A DNA stretch of 22,916 nt, from positions 52,708 to 75,623 of the forward strand of contig CAXSGP010000008.1 in NCBI GenBank assembly GCA_964236955.1, read 5' to 3'. This DNA is from an uncultured Oligoflexus sp. (lineage in GTDB: Bacteria; Bdellovibrionota_B; Oligoflexia; Oligoflexales; Oligoflexaceae). Shown piece by piece: positions 1 through 7,922 of the stretch. The position numbers and the translations under genes are program-made. Numbering within the stretch: position 1 is the first letter of the stretch; every line of letters begins with the position of its first letter. The notes below the pieces were generated by a model. The model was not told the DNA's origin. It saw only the letters and a list, made by a program, of their open reading frames with translations, and ran no database searches.

Positions 1-33
1 TCCGCTCCCGTAGCGACGCCGGCTGCGAAATAG
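1..33 (+). CDS. 3' end of a gene entering from the left (…SAPVATPAAK*)
   Basis: Frame 1 is open from the window edge to TAG at 31-33 and encodes an Ala/Pro-rich tail. Too short to identify. Confidence 0.35.
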   Translation, partial: SAPVATPAAK

Positions 34-196
34 AATGAAAATGAGATTGCACTCTTGCTTCGGAACTTGGGATTGCTCCCAAAATTTATTCGTGATGGGC
101 AGTCACGTGTCCGAGCATCCGCGATAAGGAAAGGCCTGTCTGCGGCCCTTACCAAGCGCCGGGGCCCTGCTAAGCCGCAGTGCCGCGAGCGTGAAA

Positions 197-2836
197 TCAA
201 CCGCTCTTGGCACTTACTGTATTCATGCGAATCGTACGGCAGTACAGGAGATTATCCCGCCGTTCTAAAACATCCTGCCGCATATACGCTGGCCATTCCA
301 TCTTTAAGATCTCCTCGAAAAGACTGTCATCCCGCGTGTCACACGTTCCCGGCAAAAGTGAAATGAGAAAAGCGGACCGCATGAATTCTTCGGGCTGTTT
401 GTTTAGCTCCGGCAGGTATTTAAGATAGGTCGTTTGATAGGCAAGCCTATCGTCGAATTGCTGAGGCGGGAAGATATTGCCAAAAGTCGCCCTTATCTGA
501 GCCCGGGAGAGCTGAGATTTCGGTCCCATGAGTTTTTGAATCAAGGCTGTCTTTTGCGCGAGAGGAAGCAGACTTGCCTCAATGCCCGTTAGTTGCAGGG
601 CGCCTTCATCACTCTTGTCTTGTTCCAATCGAGCCAGGGCCAAGGCCCGAGGATCCTTCAAAGCCGCGAGTTGTTGCAAAACCGACCAGCGGCGCGGCTG
701 ATCAAGAATGAATTCAGGATAGGTGATCTTCCTTTGATAGATGTTGGCGAGGGTTTCCCGGTCTTCGCTCAGGCCGAGTAGAGTGACATAGATATCAAAG
801 GCGAAAAGGCGAAAATCCTTCGCTGTCTTGGTATCGAGCAGCATTCTTTGAAAGGGTATGGCCAACTGCTTCGCATAGCGAACCCGGAGATCCCTATCGG
901 CAAAGGAAGAGATGGGGGCGATGAAGTGATGTTCTATCAAATTCTGCATGCCCATCAATACCGCATAGCTTTGTTCCAGACTCAGCTGCTCGCTGATGAA
1001 GCGAATCGCATCTTCAAGATGAGCCTCCCCGTCGTCAAGCGCAAAGCCAAGGGATTCCCAAAATAGGGTTCGCTGCAAAGGGTCGGCAATACGGGCGAGA
1101 TCACCTTGAATGCGAGGCAGTTGATCGCTGGGCCAGGAGATCTTCACAAAATCATCATCGCTGGAATTAGGGACGATAAGGTTCGGGCAAGCCAGTGCCT
1201 CCGTGATCCTGATGATTGTCTTAGGGCCTGCATAATCCGCCTTGATTTGTCTATAGGGCTGCCACTGTTCAGCATTTCCGGCCTCACCGTAAAGAGAAAA
1301 GATCATACTGTGCGGCCGCAGTTCGGGATGGCTGTCGGGCGCGCTTTGGAGTATCTCCACGGCTTCCAGCTTTGCGTCCTTGGCGCAGATCGGCCTTAGC
1401 TCTACTGAATTGAGTCCAGCTGTATGAAGCCAGGGTTTGGCAAATTCCTGCAGCTTGAGATCGGGATTGATTTCGAGGTCGGCGAGCAAATCGTTGACCG
1501 TTGAATTGGCAAAGGCGTGTTTTTTGAAATAGATGGCAAGACCTTTGCTGAAGTCCTTTTCACCGATCCGGAAAGCCAGGAGCTTTAGCCACGAAGCGCC
1601 TTTCCCGTAAGTGATGCCATCAAAGTTGGAACCGGCAACGTCAGTATCCGGCACCTCAGCGACGATAGGATGGGTCGTCGACAGGCGATCGGCATAGTAG
1701 CCCGTGTTCTTTTCCTGATGAAAGCTGATCCAGGCATGCTTAAAGTCAGGGTGAGAAGCCAGTGCCATTGCCGATGCGTAGGTGGCAAAACTTTCATTTA
1801 GCCACAGATCGTCCCACCACTTCATCGTCACGAGGTCGCCGAACCACATATGGGCCATCTCATGGAGCAGAGTGCTGAAATTTCGCTCCATCGTCCGGGC
1901 GGATCGTTCGCCCTTGGCGGCGTAGCGCTCATTAAAGGTCACGGCAGCGACGTTTTCCATGGCCCCGGCGTTAAAATCGGGAACGATAATCTGGTCATAT
2001 TTTAGAAAGGGGTAGGGCGTGGCGAATTTTTGCTCATAGTAGTCAAAACCAAATCGGGTCCAAGCTAACCACTCCTCGGCCTTCACATAACGGGCCAGCG
2101 ACTGCCGCGCCATAAGACGGAGTGGGATGCGAAACTTGGTGTCCTCCCAGACCTTATAGGGGCCAGCCACCAGGGAAAACACGTAAGTACTGATAGGGAG
2201 CGTCTCCGGAAAGGTCCATAAAACGCTTGATTTATTATGCTTGTCTGTCCCCGGTTCAGTCGTGGTCTCAAGCACCGTGGAAACAACTGTCCAGTCTTTG
2301 GGAGCCAGGACCTTGAAGGTGAATTTGGCCTTAAGATCAGGCTGATCGAAATTGGGAAACATCTGATTCGCGTCAAACGCTTCAAATTGCGAGTAAAGGT
2401 AGGTCCTTTTATCTTCGGGGTCGGTGAAGCGATAAAGACCACTGCCGTCTTTGCTGTAGGGATGCTTATAGACTATCGTCAGCTTGCTTGGACCGGCCTT
2501 AAAAAGTTCGGGCTTCAGCTGTATCGCTTCTTTATCGTAGGTGTAGCGGGCAGGCCTGCCGTCGATTGTGATGCTCTTGACTTCACCTTTACTAAAGTCA
2601 ACGCGCAAAGGTTGTTTTGACGCCTTCCAGTTGAAGTCTATGGCGACTTCACCTGTAAAGTCCTTGGACTTGTCCGCGTGACTGATGTCCACCTGCAGCT
2701 TGTATTTGACATCGCTAAGTTGCTCGCTACGAATTTTGGCCTGTTCGAGAGTAAGCTTGGCCAATGCCTGGGCCCCGGAATTGCCATGAAGAAGGACCAG
2801 CGCGAGGAGAGTGGTAAGACCGGAATGGGTAGCCAT
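197..2836 (-). CDS. pepN: Aminopeptidase N (M1 zinc aminopeptidase, ERAP1_C-type C-terminal region) with N-terminal signal peptide, 879 aa
   Basis: GAMEN exopeptidase motif, HEMAH-x18-E zinc motif (LLHEMAHMWFGDLVTMKWWDDLWLNESFA) and FDGITYGKG (catalytic Tyr). Start moved to ATG 2836 because AGAGGA lies 6 nt upstream and MATHSGLTTLLALVLLHGNSGAQA reads as a signal peptide ending in AQA. Confidence 0.93.
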   Translation of the reverse strand: MATHSGLTTLLALVLLHGNSGAQALAKLTLEQAKIRSEQLSDVKYKLQVDISHADKSKDFTGEVAIDFNWKASKQPLRVDFSKGEVKSITIDGRPARYTYDKEAIQLKPELFKAGPSKLTIVYKHPYSKDGSGLYRFTDPEDKRTYLYSQFEAFDANQMFPNFDQPDLKAKFTFKVLAPKDWTVVSTVLETTTEPGTDKHNKSSVLWTFPETLPISTYVFSLVAGPYKVWEDTKFRIPLRLMARQSLARYVKAEEWLAWTRFGFDYYEQKFATPYPFLKYDQIIVPDFNAGAMENVAAVTFNERYAAKGERSARTMERNFSTLLHEMAHMWFGDLVTMKWWDDLWLNESFATYASAMALASHPDFKHAWISFHQEKNTGYYADRLSTTHPIVAEVPDTDVAGSNFDGITYGKGASWLKLLAFRIGEKDFSKGLAIYFKKHAFANSTVNDLLADLEINPDLKLQEFAKPWLHTAGLNSVELRPICAKDAKLEAVEILQSAPDSHPELRPHSMIFSLYGEAGNAEQWQPYRQIKADYAGPKTIIRITEALACPNLIVPNSSDDDFVKISWPSDQLPRIQGDLARIADPLQRTLFWESLGFALDDGEAHLEDAIRFISEQLSLEQSYAVLMGMQNLIEHHFIAPISSFADRDLRVRYAKQLAIPFQRMLLDTKTAKDFRLFAFDIYVTLLGLSEDRETLANIYQRKITYPEFILDQPRRWSVLQQLAALKDPRALALARLEQDKSDEGALQLTGIEASLLPLAQKTALIQKLMGPKSQLSRAQIRATFGNIFPPQQFDDRLAYQTTYLKYLPELNKQPEEFMRSAFLISLLPGTCDTRDDSLFEEILKMEWPAYMRQDVLERRDNLLYCRTIRMNTVSAKSG

Positions 2837-2842
2837 TGAAAT

Positions 2843-2924
2843 TCCTCTGATGAACGGGACTAGTCTCGTATCCGAGATCACCCGCCTTGATTTCACATCA
2901 GGCGGACCATAGAACTTCAGAGGA
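2843..2924 (-). promoter_or_regulatory. Structured leader of pepN: anti-SD/SD stem enclosing two hairpins
   Basis: TCCTCTGA (2843-2850) and TCAGAGGA (2917-2924) form an 8-bp inverted repeat whose arm nearest pepN contains the SD. Inner hairpins at 2864-2877 and 2882-2905. Confidence 0.4.
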
Positions 2925-2976
2925 CGCTACTTCGTTGGGCATTTTAATTCAATTGCTTTTGCTAGGGAGACGGCGG

Positions 2977-4743
2977 TCACTGACTGACAAATTGTCTATT
3001 CACCAGCTTATAATACATACCGTCCCGATAGGTCATAAGTTCGTCATGATCACCGGATTGAACGATGCTCCCACTGTCGATAACCAGCACTCTATGGGCA
3101 TTTCTTACCGTCGAGAGACGATGGGCGATGACGAGTGTGGTGCGGTTTTGCATCAATCTATCGAGGGCCTCCTGAACCAGGTGCTCGCTGCTTGCATCGA
3201 GGGCGCTGGTCGCTTCATCGAGGATCAGGACACGCGGGTTTTTAAGCATAGCCCTGGCAATCGCCACGCGTTGCCTTTGACCACCGGACAGCTGGATACC
3301 GCGTTCTCCCACGACCGTTTCATAGCCTGCCGGAAAGCCGCGAATAAATTCATCCGCATTGGCCGCACGGGCCGCCGCTTCAACTTCGGCATCGGCAGCA
3401 TCGGCTTTGCCGTAACGAATGTTGCTGGCAATCGAGCCGCTGAAGAGGACAGGGTCCTGAGCCACGACTCCGATCTGTTCGCGCAACCAAACGCCATCGA
3501 GACATTGAAGGTTCTTACCGTCCAGGCAAACGCTGCCGGAATTCGGATCGTAAAAGCGGCTGATCAGGGCGGCGATTGTTGATTTGCCGCTTCCCGATGG
3601 TCCGACCAGAGCCACTACCTCACCCGCCGCTATCGATAGGTCGAGGGAGTTGAAGACCACAAAATCAGGCCGTGATGGATAACTGAATTGAACGGCTTTG
3701 AAATCGATGCGGCCTTCCAGATCCTTCACCTTGCCGCCGCCACGGACGGGAATGGTTGGAGTACGATCCAGGATTTCGAATATTCTTTTTGCTGAACCGG
3801 TGGCTGCCATCAAATCCGTCCAAAGGCTGCCGAGCGAACCGACTGAAACCGCGACGGTCATGGCATACAAAATAAAGGAGGTAAGGTCACCGACGCTCAT
3901 GCGTCCCGAGACCACAAGGCGGCCTCCGTACCAGAGGACGCCGACGATGGCCGCGTAGCCCAGGAGTCCGGCAAAGGCCGTGACTATGGAAATGCTTAGA
4001 ATTCGTTTGCGCGCGAGGCCAAAGGTCTTCTGCACGGCCTTTTGATAGGAGCTGACTTCAAGATCTTCCCGGGCAAAGGCACGGACGGTTCGTATTCCCG
4101 AAATCGTTTCTTCAGCCTTGGTGGTCGTTTCGGCAAAGGCGTCCTGCACATCGCGGGAGATCCCACGCAATCTCTTACCAAAAAAAACCGTGCTCAGGGC
4201 GATAGGGGGTATGCAACAGAGGAGGCCAATGGCAAGGACGGGCGAGGTATAGACGAGCAGGACCAGACCCCCGACCGCGGCTCCGAGGTTACGCATCGAC
4301 ATGGAAATGTTTACGCTCACGGCGTTCTGCAGGATCGTGGCATCCGAGGACAGACGACTTAATAACTCGCCCGTGCGGCGACTGTCAAAAAAGGCGATTT
4401 CCTGTTCGACGATCGATCGATACACATTTCCCCTTAAATTGGCCACGATGCGTTCACCGGCGATGGTGAAGAGATAATAGCGGACGGCACCGGCCAGCGC
4501 CTGAACCATAAAGACGCCCAAGATGATGAGCGAAGCGCGATCGATGGCTTCCGACCGTCCGGAACCTAGGGCTTCATCTATGATGACTTTGACGGCCTGA
4601 GGATAAGCGAGTAGCATACCGCTGCCGATGACGAGGAAGATTAAGCCCAAACCAAGGGTTTTCCGCTCCGGCCAGGCCAGTTGAAGGACTCTACGCACAC
4701 CGTGCGACGGGGGATTTGGTAAAGGGGATAGGGGCGTATTCAA
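2977..4743 (-). CDS. ABC half-transporter (fused TMD+NBD), ABCB subfamily, TAP/ABCB10/Mdl1-like, 588 aa
   Basis: About 6 hydrophobic segments, FFDSRRTGELLSRLSSD coupling-helix motif, Walker A GPSGSGKST, signature LSGGQRQR, Walker B ILDEATSALD, H-loop IAHRLST. TTG start with GGAG upstream. Confidence 0.93.
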   Translation of the reverse strand: MNTPLSPLPNPPSHGVRRVLQLAWPERKTLGLGLIFLVIGSGMLLAYPQAVKVIIDEALGSGRSEAIDRASLIILGVFMVQALAGAVRYYLFTIAGERIVANLRGNVYRSIVEQEIAFFDSRRTGELLSRLSSDATILQNAVSVNISMSMRNLGAAVGGLVLLVYTSPVLAIGLLCCIPPIALSTVFFGKRLRGISRDVQDAFAETTTKAEETISGIRTVRAFAREDLEVSSYQKAVQKTFGLARKRILSISIVTAFAGLLGYAAIVGVLWYGGRLVVSGRMSVGDLTSFILYAMTVAVSVGSLGSLWTDLMAATGSAKRIFEILDRTPTIPVRGGGKVKDLEGRIDFKAVQFSYPSRPDFVVFNSLDLSIAAGEVVALVGPSGSGKSTIAALISRFYDPNSGSVCLDGKNLQCLDGVWLREQIGVVAQDPVLFSGSIASNIRYGKADAADAEVEAAARAANADEFIRGFPAGYETVVGERGIQLSGGQRQRVAIARAMLKNPRVLILDEATSALDASSEHLVQEALDRLMQNRTTLVIAHRLSTVRNAHRVLVIDSGSIVQSGDHDELMTYRDGMYYKLVNRQFVSQ

Positions 4744-4833
4744 GATTGCTCCGTCGATTATGGGGTTTGTTTCAGGCCGAAATTTAGCGGCCCAATTACC
4801 TGGGCATAAGCTTCAATTCCTAGAATGAAGCGG

Positions 4834-5526
4834 TCAATCACCGGCGTGCGCCTTGCTGTTGGGAAGCATCTGGAGACTCGCCATAAGGAAAGCGGAGGCG
4901 CTCGTCAGCAGATGCCAGATATAGTGCGTCCCCTGCGGGAAATTCGGACACAGAACGGGGTCAAGGCTGCGTGCGCAATAGGCTGCTGCGAAGATTAAGG
5001 CCGTCAGGCCCAGGCGGAGGCGGCGCGAAGGGGATTTATCATAGGCGATAAGTGTCAAAAGTGCTGGGATGACGCCAAGATAGAATTCACCCTGGGCCAG
5101 ATACTGAGTCAAGCCCAGGACGTGAGCCAGAAAAGGGGCAAGGGCCAGCCAAGCGAGACAGATCACCAGCGGTTTTTTAATGTTCGATCGATCATCGAAA
5201 AGATTTTTGAAGTAGTAGAGGACCGAAAGTATGACGAAGATCACTATAGGCAAGACATCAGCAATCTGAGTGAGGCGGTTCGGATAACTATGAAAGAGTC
5301 CGCTACCGATGCCTATCAGACCCGCAAAGGCGGCAAGACAGTTGAGCTGATTTTTACGGCGAAACTTTTGCGCTTTGGCGGCGGTGAAGAGGAGCAGAGC
5401 CAAAATAAGAAAGGCCGCATTTGAAAAAAAGTTAAGAGGCTCGGCAAGGAAGCCATCGGCCGTTCCTCTCTCGCAGTAGAGATGGAGCGGAGCGTAGAAA
5501 AAGCCGCTTAGCGTCTGCATATCCAT
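4834..5526 (-). CDS. Ceramidase-domain (CREST superfamily) 7-TM membrane hydrolase, about 230 aa
   Basis: YCER…AEPLNFFSN, GIGSGLFH, following Asp (QIADVLPI) and THYIWH are the CREST/alkaline-ceramidase zinc motifs. Start set at ATG 5526 (GAGGG upstream). The extra N-terminal 115 aa in the ORF track come from an upstream pseudogene. Confidence 0.85.
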   Translation of the reverse strand: MDMQTLSGFFYAPLHLYCERGTADGFLAEPLNFFSNAAFLILALLLFTAAKAQKFRRKNQLNCLAAFAGLIGIGSGLFHSYPNRLTQIADVLPIVIFVILSVLYYFKNLFDDRSNIKKPLVICLAWLALAPFLAHVLGLTQYLAQGEFYLGVIPALLTLIAYDKSPSRRLRLGLTALIFAAAYCARSLDPVLCPNFPQGTHYIWHLLTSASAFLMASLQMLPNSKAHAGD

Positions 5527-5592
5527 GATCGCCCTCATTTGGCAGTAGATTTGGGTCTTTTCTTCATTTTTTTTACCGGACCCCTTGTCAGG

Positions 5593-6070
5593 TAGATTCA
5601 GCTCGCACACCAATGGAAAACGATCCGAGGACAGTTGGCTCCTATCCCTGAAAGAGGTCGGTGGCAAGATCTCGGATTGGACTTCAGCAAATCGATAGCG
5701 GTAGATATACGCTTTTTCTACAAATTGAGCGAGCGACTTCGGTACGAACATAAAATCGTGCGGACTGGCAATGAGCTGGAAAAAGTTGAAGGTGAGTTGT
5801 GAGATCCCCTCATACGGCGGCATCTGCCTGATTTCCAGGACAGCTTGGAAGTGTTTTTGTGCCTCTAGCACTAATAAATCTGCGGCGCTTTCCTGCCGCC
5901 CGGCGTGGCCGTTGAAATCCCGTTAGGACAGTGGGAGCTTCGGCGCCGGGTTCTTTCACCAGGGCCTGCCCCATGGCGAGGAGGGTACTGAGTCTGGCGC
6001 CACGCCTGACTATGCCCGCAAGCTTGACCCCTATCGCGGCCGATCCCGGCTTGGAATGTGTCTATCAGAC
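5593..6070 (-). pseudogene. Decayed endonuclease/exonuclease/phosphatase (EEP, DNase I-like) family gene
   Basis: Degenerate EEP motifs in the correct order: V**THSK (THLKS-like, preceded by TGA TAG at 6067-6062), PTVLT/[frameshift ~5920-5923]/DFNG (GDFN motif), HDFMFVPKSL (D-Y/F-I-F motif), SDRFPLVCEL (SDHxP motif with His to Arg). Confidence 0.72.
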
Positions 6071-6306
6071 CCCGGGCGAAAGGTATGAGGCTTTTGCACG
6101 CCAAATAAGCTAAGTAATAAAACTTGCCTTTTCTGGCTTGTTAAAACCGTGAACTCGGGACGCCGGCCTTGCCAGGTTAACGCGATTGAAAACACAGGCA
6201 TTGTGTGCCCGCAGTCGCGGCCCCCAAAACAAACTGGACCTTCGCCCGTGCGTCCCTGCCTGGTCTGTGGTATCTAATGCGCTCTTGTCCCAAGGAGGAG
6301 AGCCGC

Positions 6307-7224
6307 TTGCCTATAGAGACTCCATCGCGACCCCATCCACCGGCGTTTGCAGCCAAGGCGCAATTCGCCAAGATCCATATTGAGATCAGCAATATCTGCA
6401 ATCTGCAGTGCAGCTTTTGTCCGGCGGTCGAACGGAAAAAGGGGAACATGAGCGTTGAGGATTTTGCCGCGATTCTAGCCCAGGTTGGGCCGATGGCGGA
6501 GCAGGTTTGTCTTCATCTCATGGGTGAGCCGCTTTTGCATCCGCATTTGCAGGAAATCGTCAGTATCTGCGAAACACAGGGCGTAAAAATATTTCTCGTA
6601 TCGAATGGAGTTCTCCTCAAGGAGAAATCGATGGCAATTCTGCTCCGTTCCCCCTTTAGGCAGGTGAATTTTTCGCTGCATAGCTTCAAGGATAATTTTG
6701 GTGACAAGGATCCGAGCGCCTATCTAAGGAAAATCTTTACTTTTACCGAGCGGGCTTTTATCGAGCGTCCGGATCTCTATATCAACTATCGCCTGTGGAA
6801 CCTTGCTGATCCGCGCGGCACGAGTACCAGCAATAGGCGAATGCTGAGCACCATAGAAGAGACGTACGGAGCGGCTATCGCCGACAAGGTCGATGTCCGC
6901 AGCAAAAAGAGCTTTCGCATTAAAAATCGTCTCTACCTTCATTTCGATACTGAATTTGTGTGGCCAAGCATGGACCTTCCCGAGCAGGGATCCAAAGGAC
7001 GTTGCTACGGTCTTTCTTCCCATTTTGGAATACTCGTCGACGGGACGGTCGTGCCCTGCTGCCTTGATAAAGAAGCCCTTATGCCGCTTGGCAATATCAA
7101 GCAGCAGCCGATTGCCGAGATCCTGAATGGATCTCGCGCTCAGTCTATCCTCAAAGGATTTAAAAATGGGAAGCTGCTTGAGCCGCTCTGTCGGCGTTGC
7201 ACTTATATCGAACGGTTTCGCTAA
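6307..7224 (+). CDS. Radical SAM protein with C-terminal SPASM/twitch-type Cys cluster, about 305 aa
   Basis: CNLQCSFC (CxxxCxxC), MGEPLLHP, and C-terminal CYG…DGTVVPCCLD…LGNI…CRRC. Start inferred at TTG 6307 behind AAGGAGG; the ORF track starts at 6205. Confidence 0.9.
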   Translation: MPIETPSRPHPPAFAAKAQFAKIHIEISNICNLQCSFCPAVERKKGNMSVEDFAAILAQVGPMAEQVCLHLMGEPLLHPHLQEIVSICETQGVKIFLVSNGVLLKEKSMAILLRSPFRQVNFSLHSFKDNFGDKDPSAYLRKIFTFTERAFIERPDLYINYRLWNLADPRGTSTSNRRMLSTIEETYGAAIADKVDVRSKKSFRIKNRLYLHFDTEFVWPSMDLPEQGSKGRCYGLSSHFGILVDGTVVPCCLDKEALMPLGNIKQQPIAEILNGSRAQSILKGFKNGKLLEPLCRRCTYIERFR

Positions 7225-7279
7225 AGATTTGGAACCCTAGAACAGGGCTGCTGCATCCTAAAGATGCTGATCTTCGGTT

Positions 7280-7435
7280 TCATGGCGATGGGTTAGGGGC
7301 CCGGGTTGCGTGGGTCGTCTCGGATTCAAGCCTATAGTCCGGAGTCGCCGGCCTATGAATTGACGATTTCGCGCAGCCGATCATGGACGCGGGAAAGGTC
7401 AGGCTCGCAAGAAAAATGTAATTCGCAATTTTCAT
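7280..7435 (-). CDS. Small putative lipoprotein, 51 aa (not in ORF track)
   Basis: GGAG-N5-ATG, then MKIANYIFLASLTFPASMIG/CAKSSIHRPATPDYRLESETTHATRAPNPSP*: basic N-terminus, hydrophobic core, lipobox-like MIGC at Cys21. Confidence 0.55.
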   Translation of the reverse strand: MKIANYIFLASLTFPASMIGCAKSSIHRPATPDYRLESETTHATRAPNPSP

Positions 7436-7922
7436 GGCTTCTCCGGATTTTTACCTAAAGGATTCGAGGCTACCACGGGTGTAGCTTAGGTGAGGAACGT
7501 ATCGGCCAAGCTTCATCGATACTTGAGGTGATTTTATTTTAAAAGATTAAGTCTTTGATTTTTTTGTATAAAATATCTAATAAAGGCTATAATTGGCAGG
7601 CCGCCGGGGGCTGACTTCGATAGAAAAATAGCAAATACCTTCCCACTTATGTCTAAGGCCTGCCTTAGCTTTCCATAAATCTCCCATACAGAGCTGTGCC
7701 TTCCTTGGCCTCTTCATGCCAAGGCTGCCACAGGCAATTGATTTTGGGTATTGACCAAAATAAAATATGTTGTTTTTTAAAATGTGTTTTTGCCTCAAGT
7801 AAAAAATGAATAGAATGCGGATCTTGGCGGGAAATCTTGGAAACCTATTAATTTTTGCCAAGCGGCTTCCGATAACACGGTTGGTTATATCCGCTTATTC
7901 TCTTTGCGACTGGGAGGCTGTC

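Noticed and set aside
34..51. Fur-box-like AATGAAAATGAGATTGCA, with nearby hairpins (67-82 and 140-180) hinting at an sRNA
   Set aside because: The match is one base out of register with the Fur consensus and lies between apparently convergent gene ends. The hairpins are short and are explained as terminator-region structure.
2843..2924. Glycine riboswitch (CCTCTG…CGCC…CAGAGG resemblance)
   Set aside because: It lacks the conserved GGAGA, CCGAAG and CUCAGG elements. Kept only as an unclassified structured leader.
2887..3582. 231-aa plus-strand ORF
   Set aside because: Antisense shadow of the ABC transporter NBD, a common artefact. The other nested or antisense ORFs inside pepN, the kinase and radD were dismissed for the same reason.
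5527..5871. 115-aa N-terminal extension of the ceramidase as a genuine domain
   Set aside because: It is the 3' half of the decayed EEP gene. The GTG at 5871 has no SD, whereas ATG 5526 does.
7280..7435. Small ORF as RiPP precursor for the radical SAM enzyme
   Set aside because: It is on the opposite strand, has a lipoprotein-type signal, and shows no leader/core pattern or RRE.
7737..7749. 13-mer ATTGATTTTGGGT repeated at 16740-16752
   Set aside because: A few 13-mer matches are expected by chance in 23 kb, especially in AT-rich intergenic DNA.
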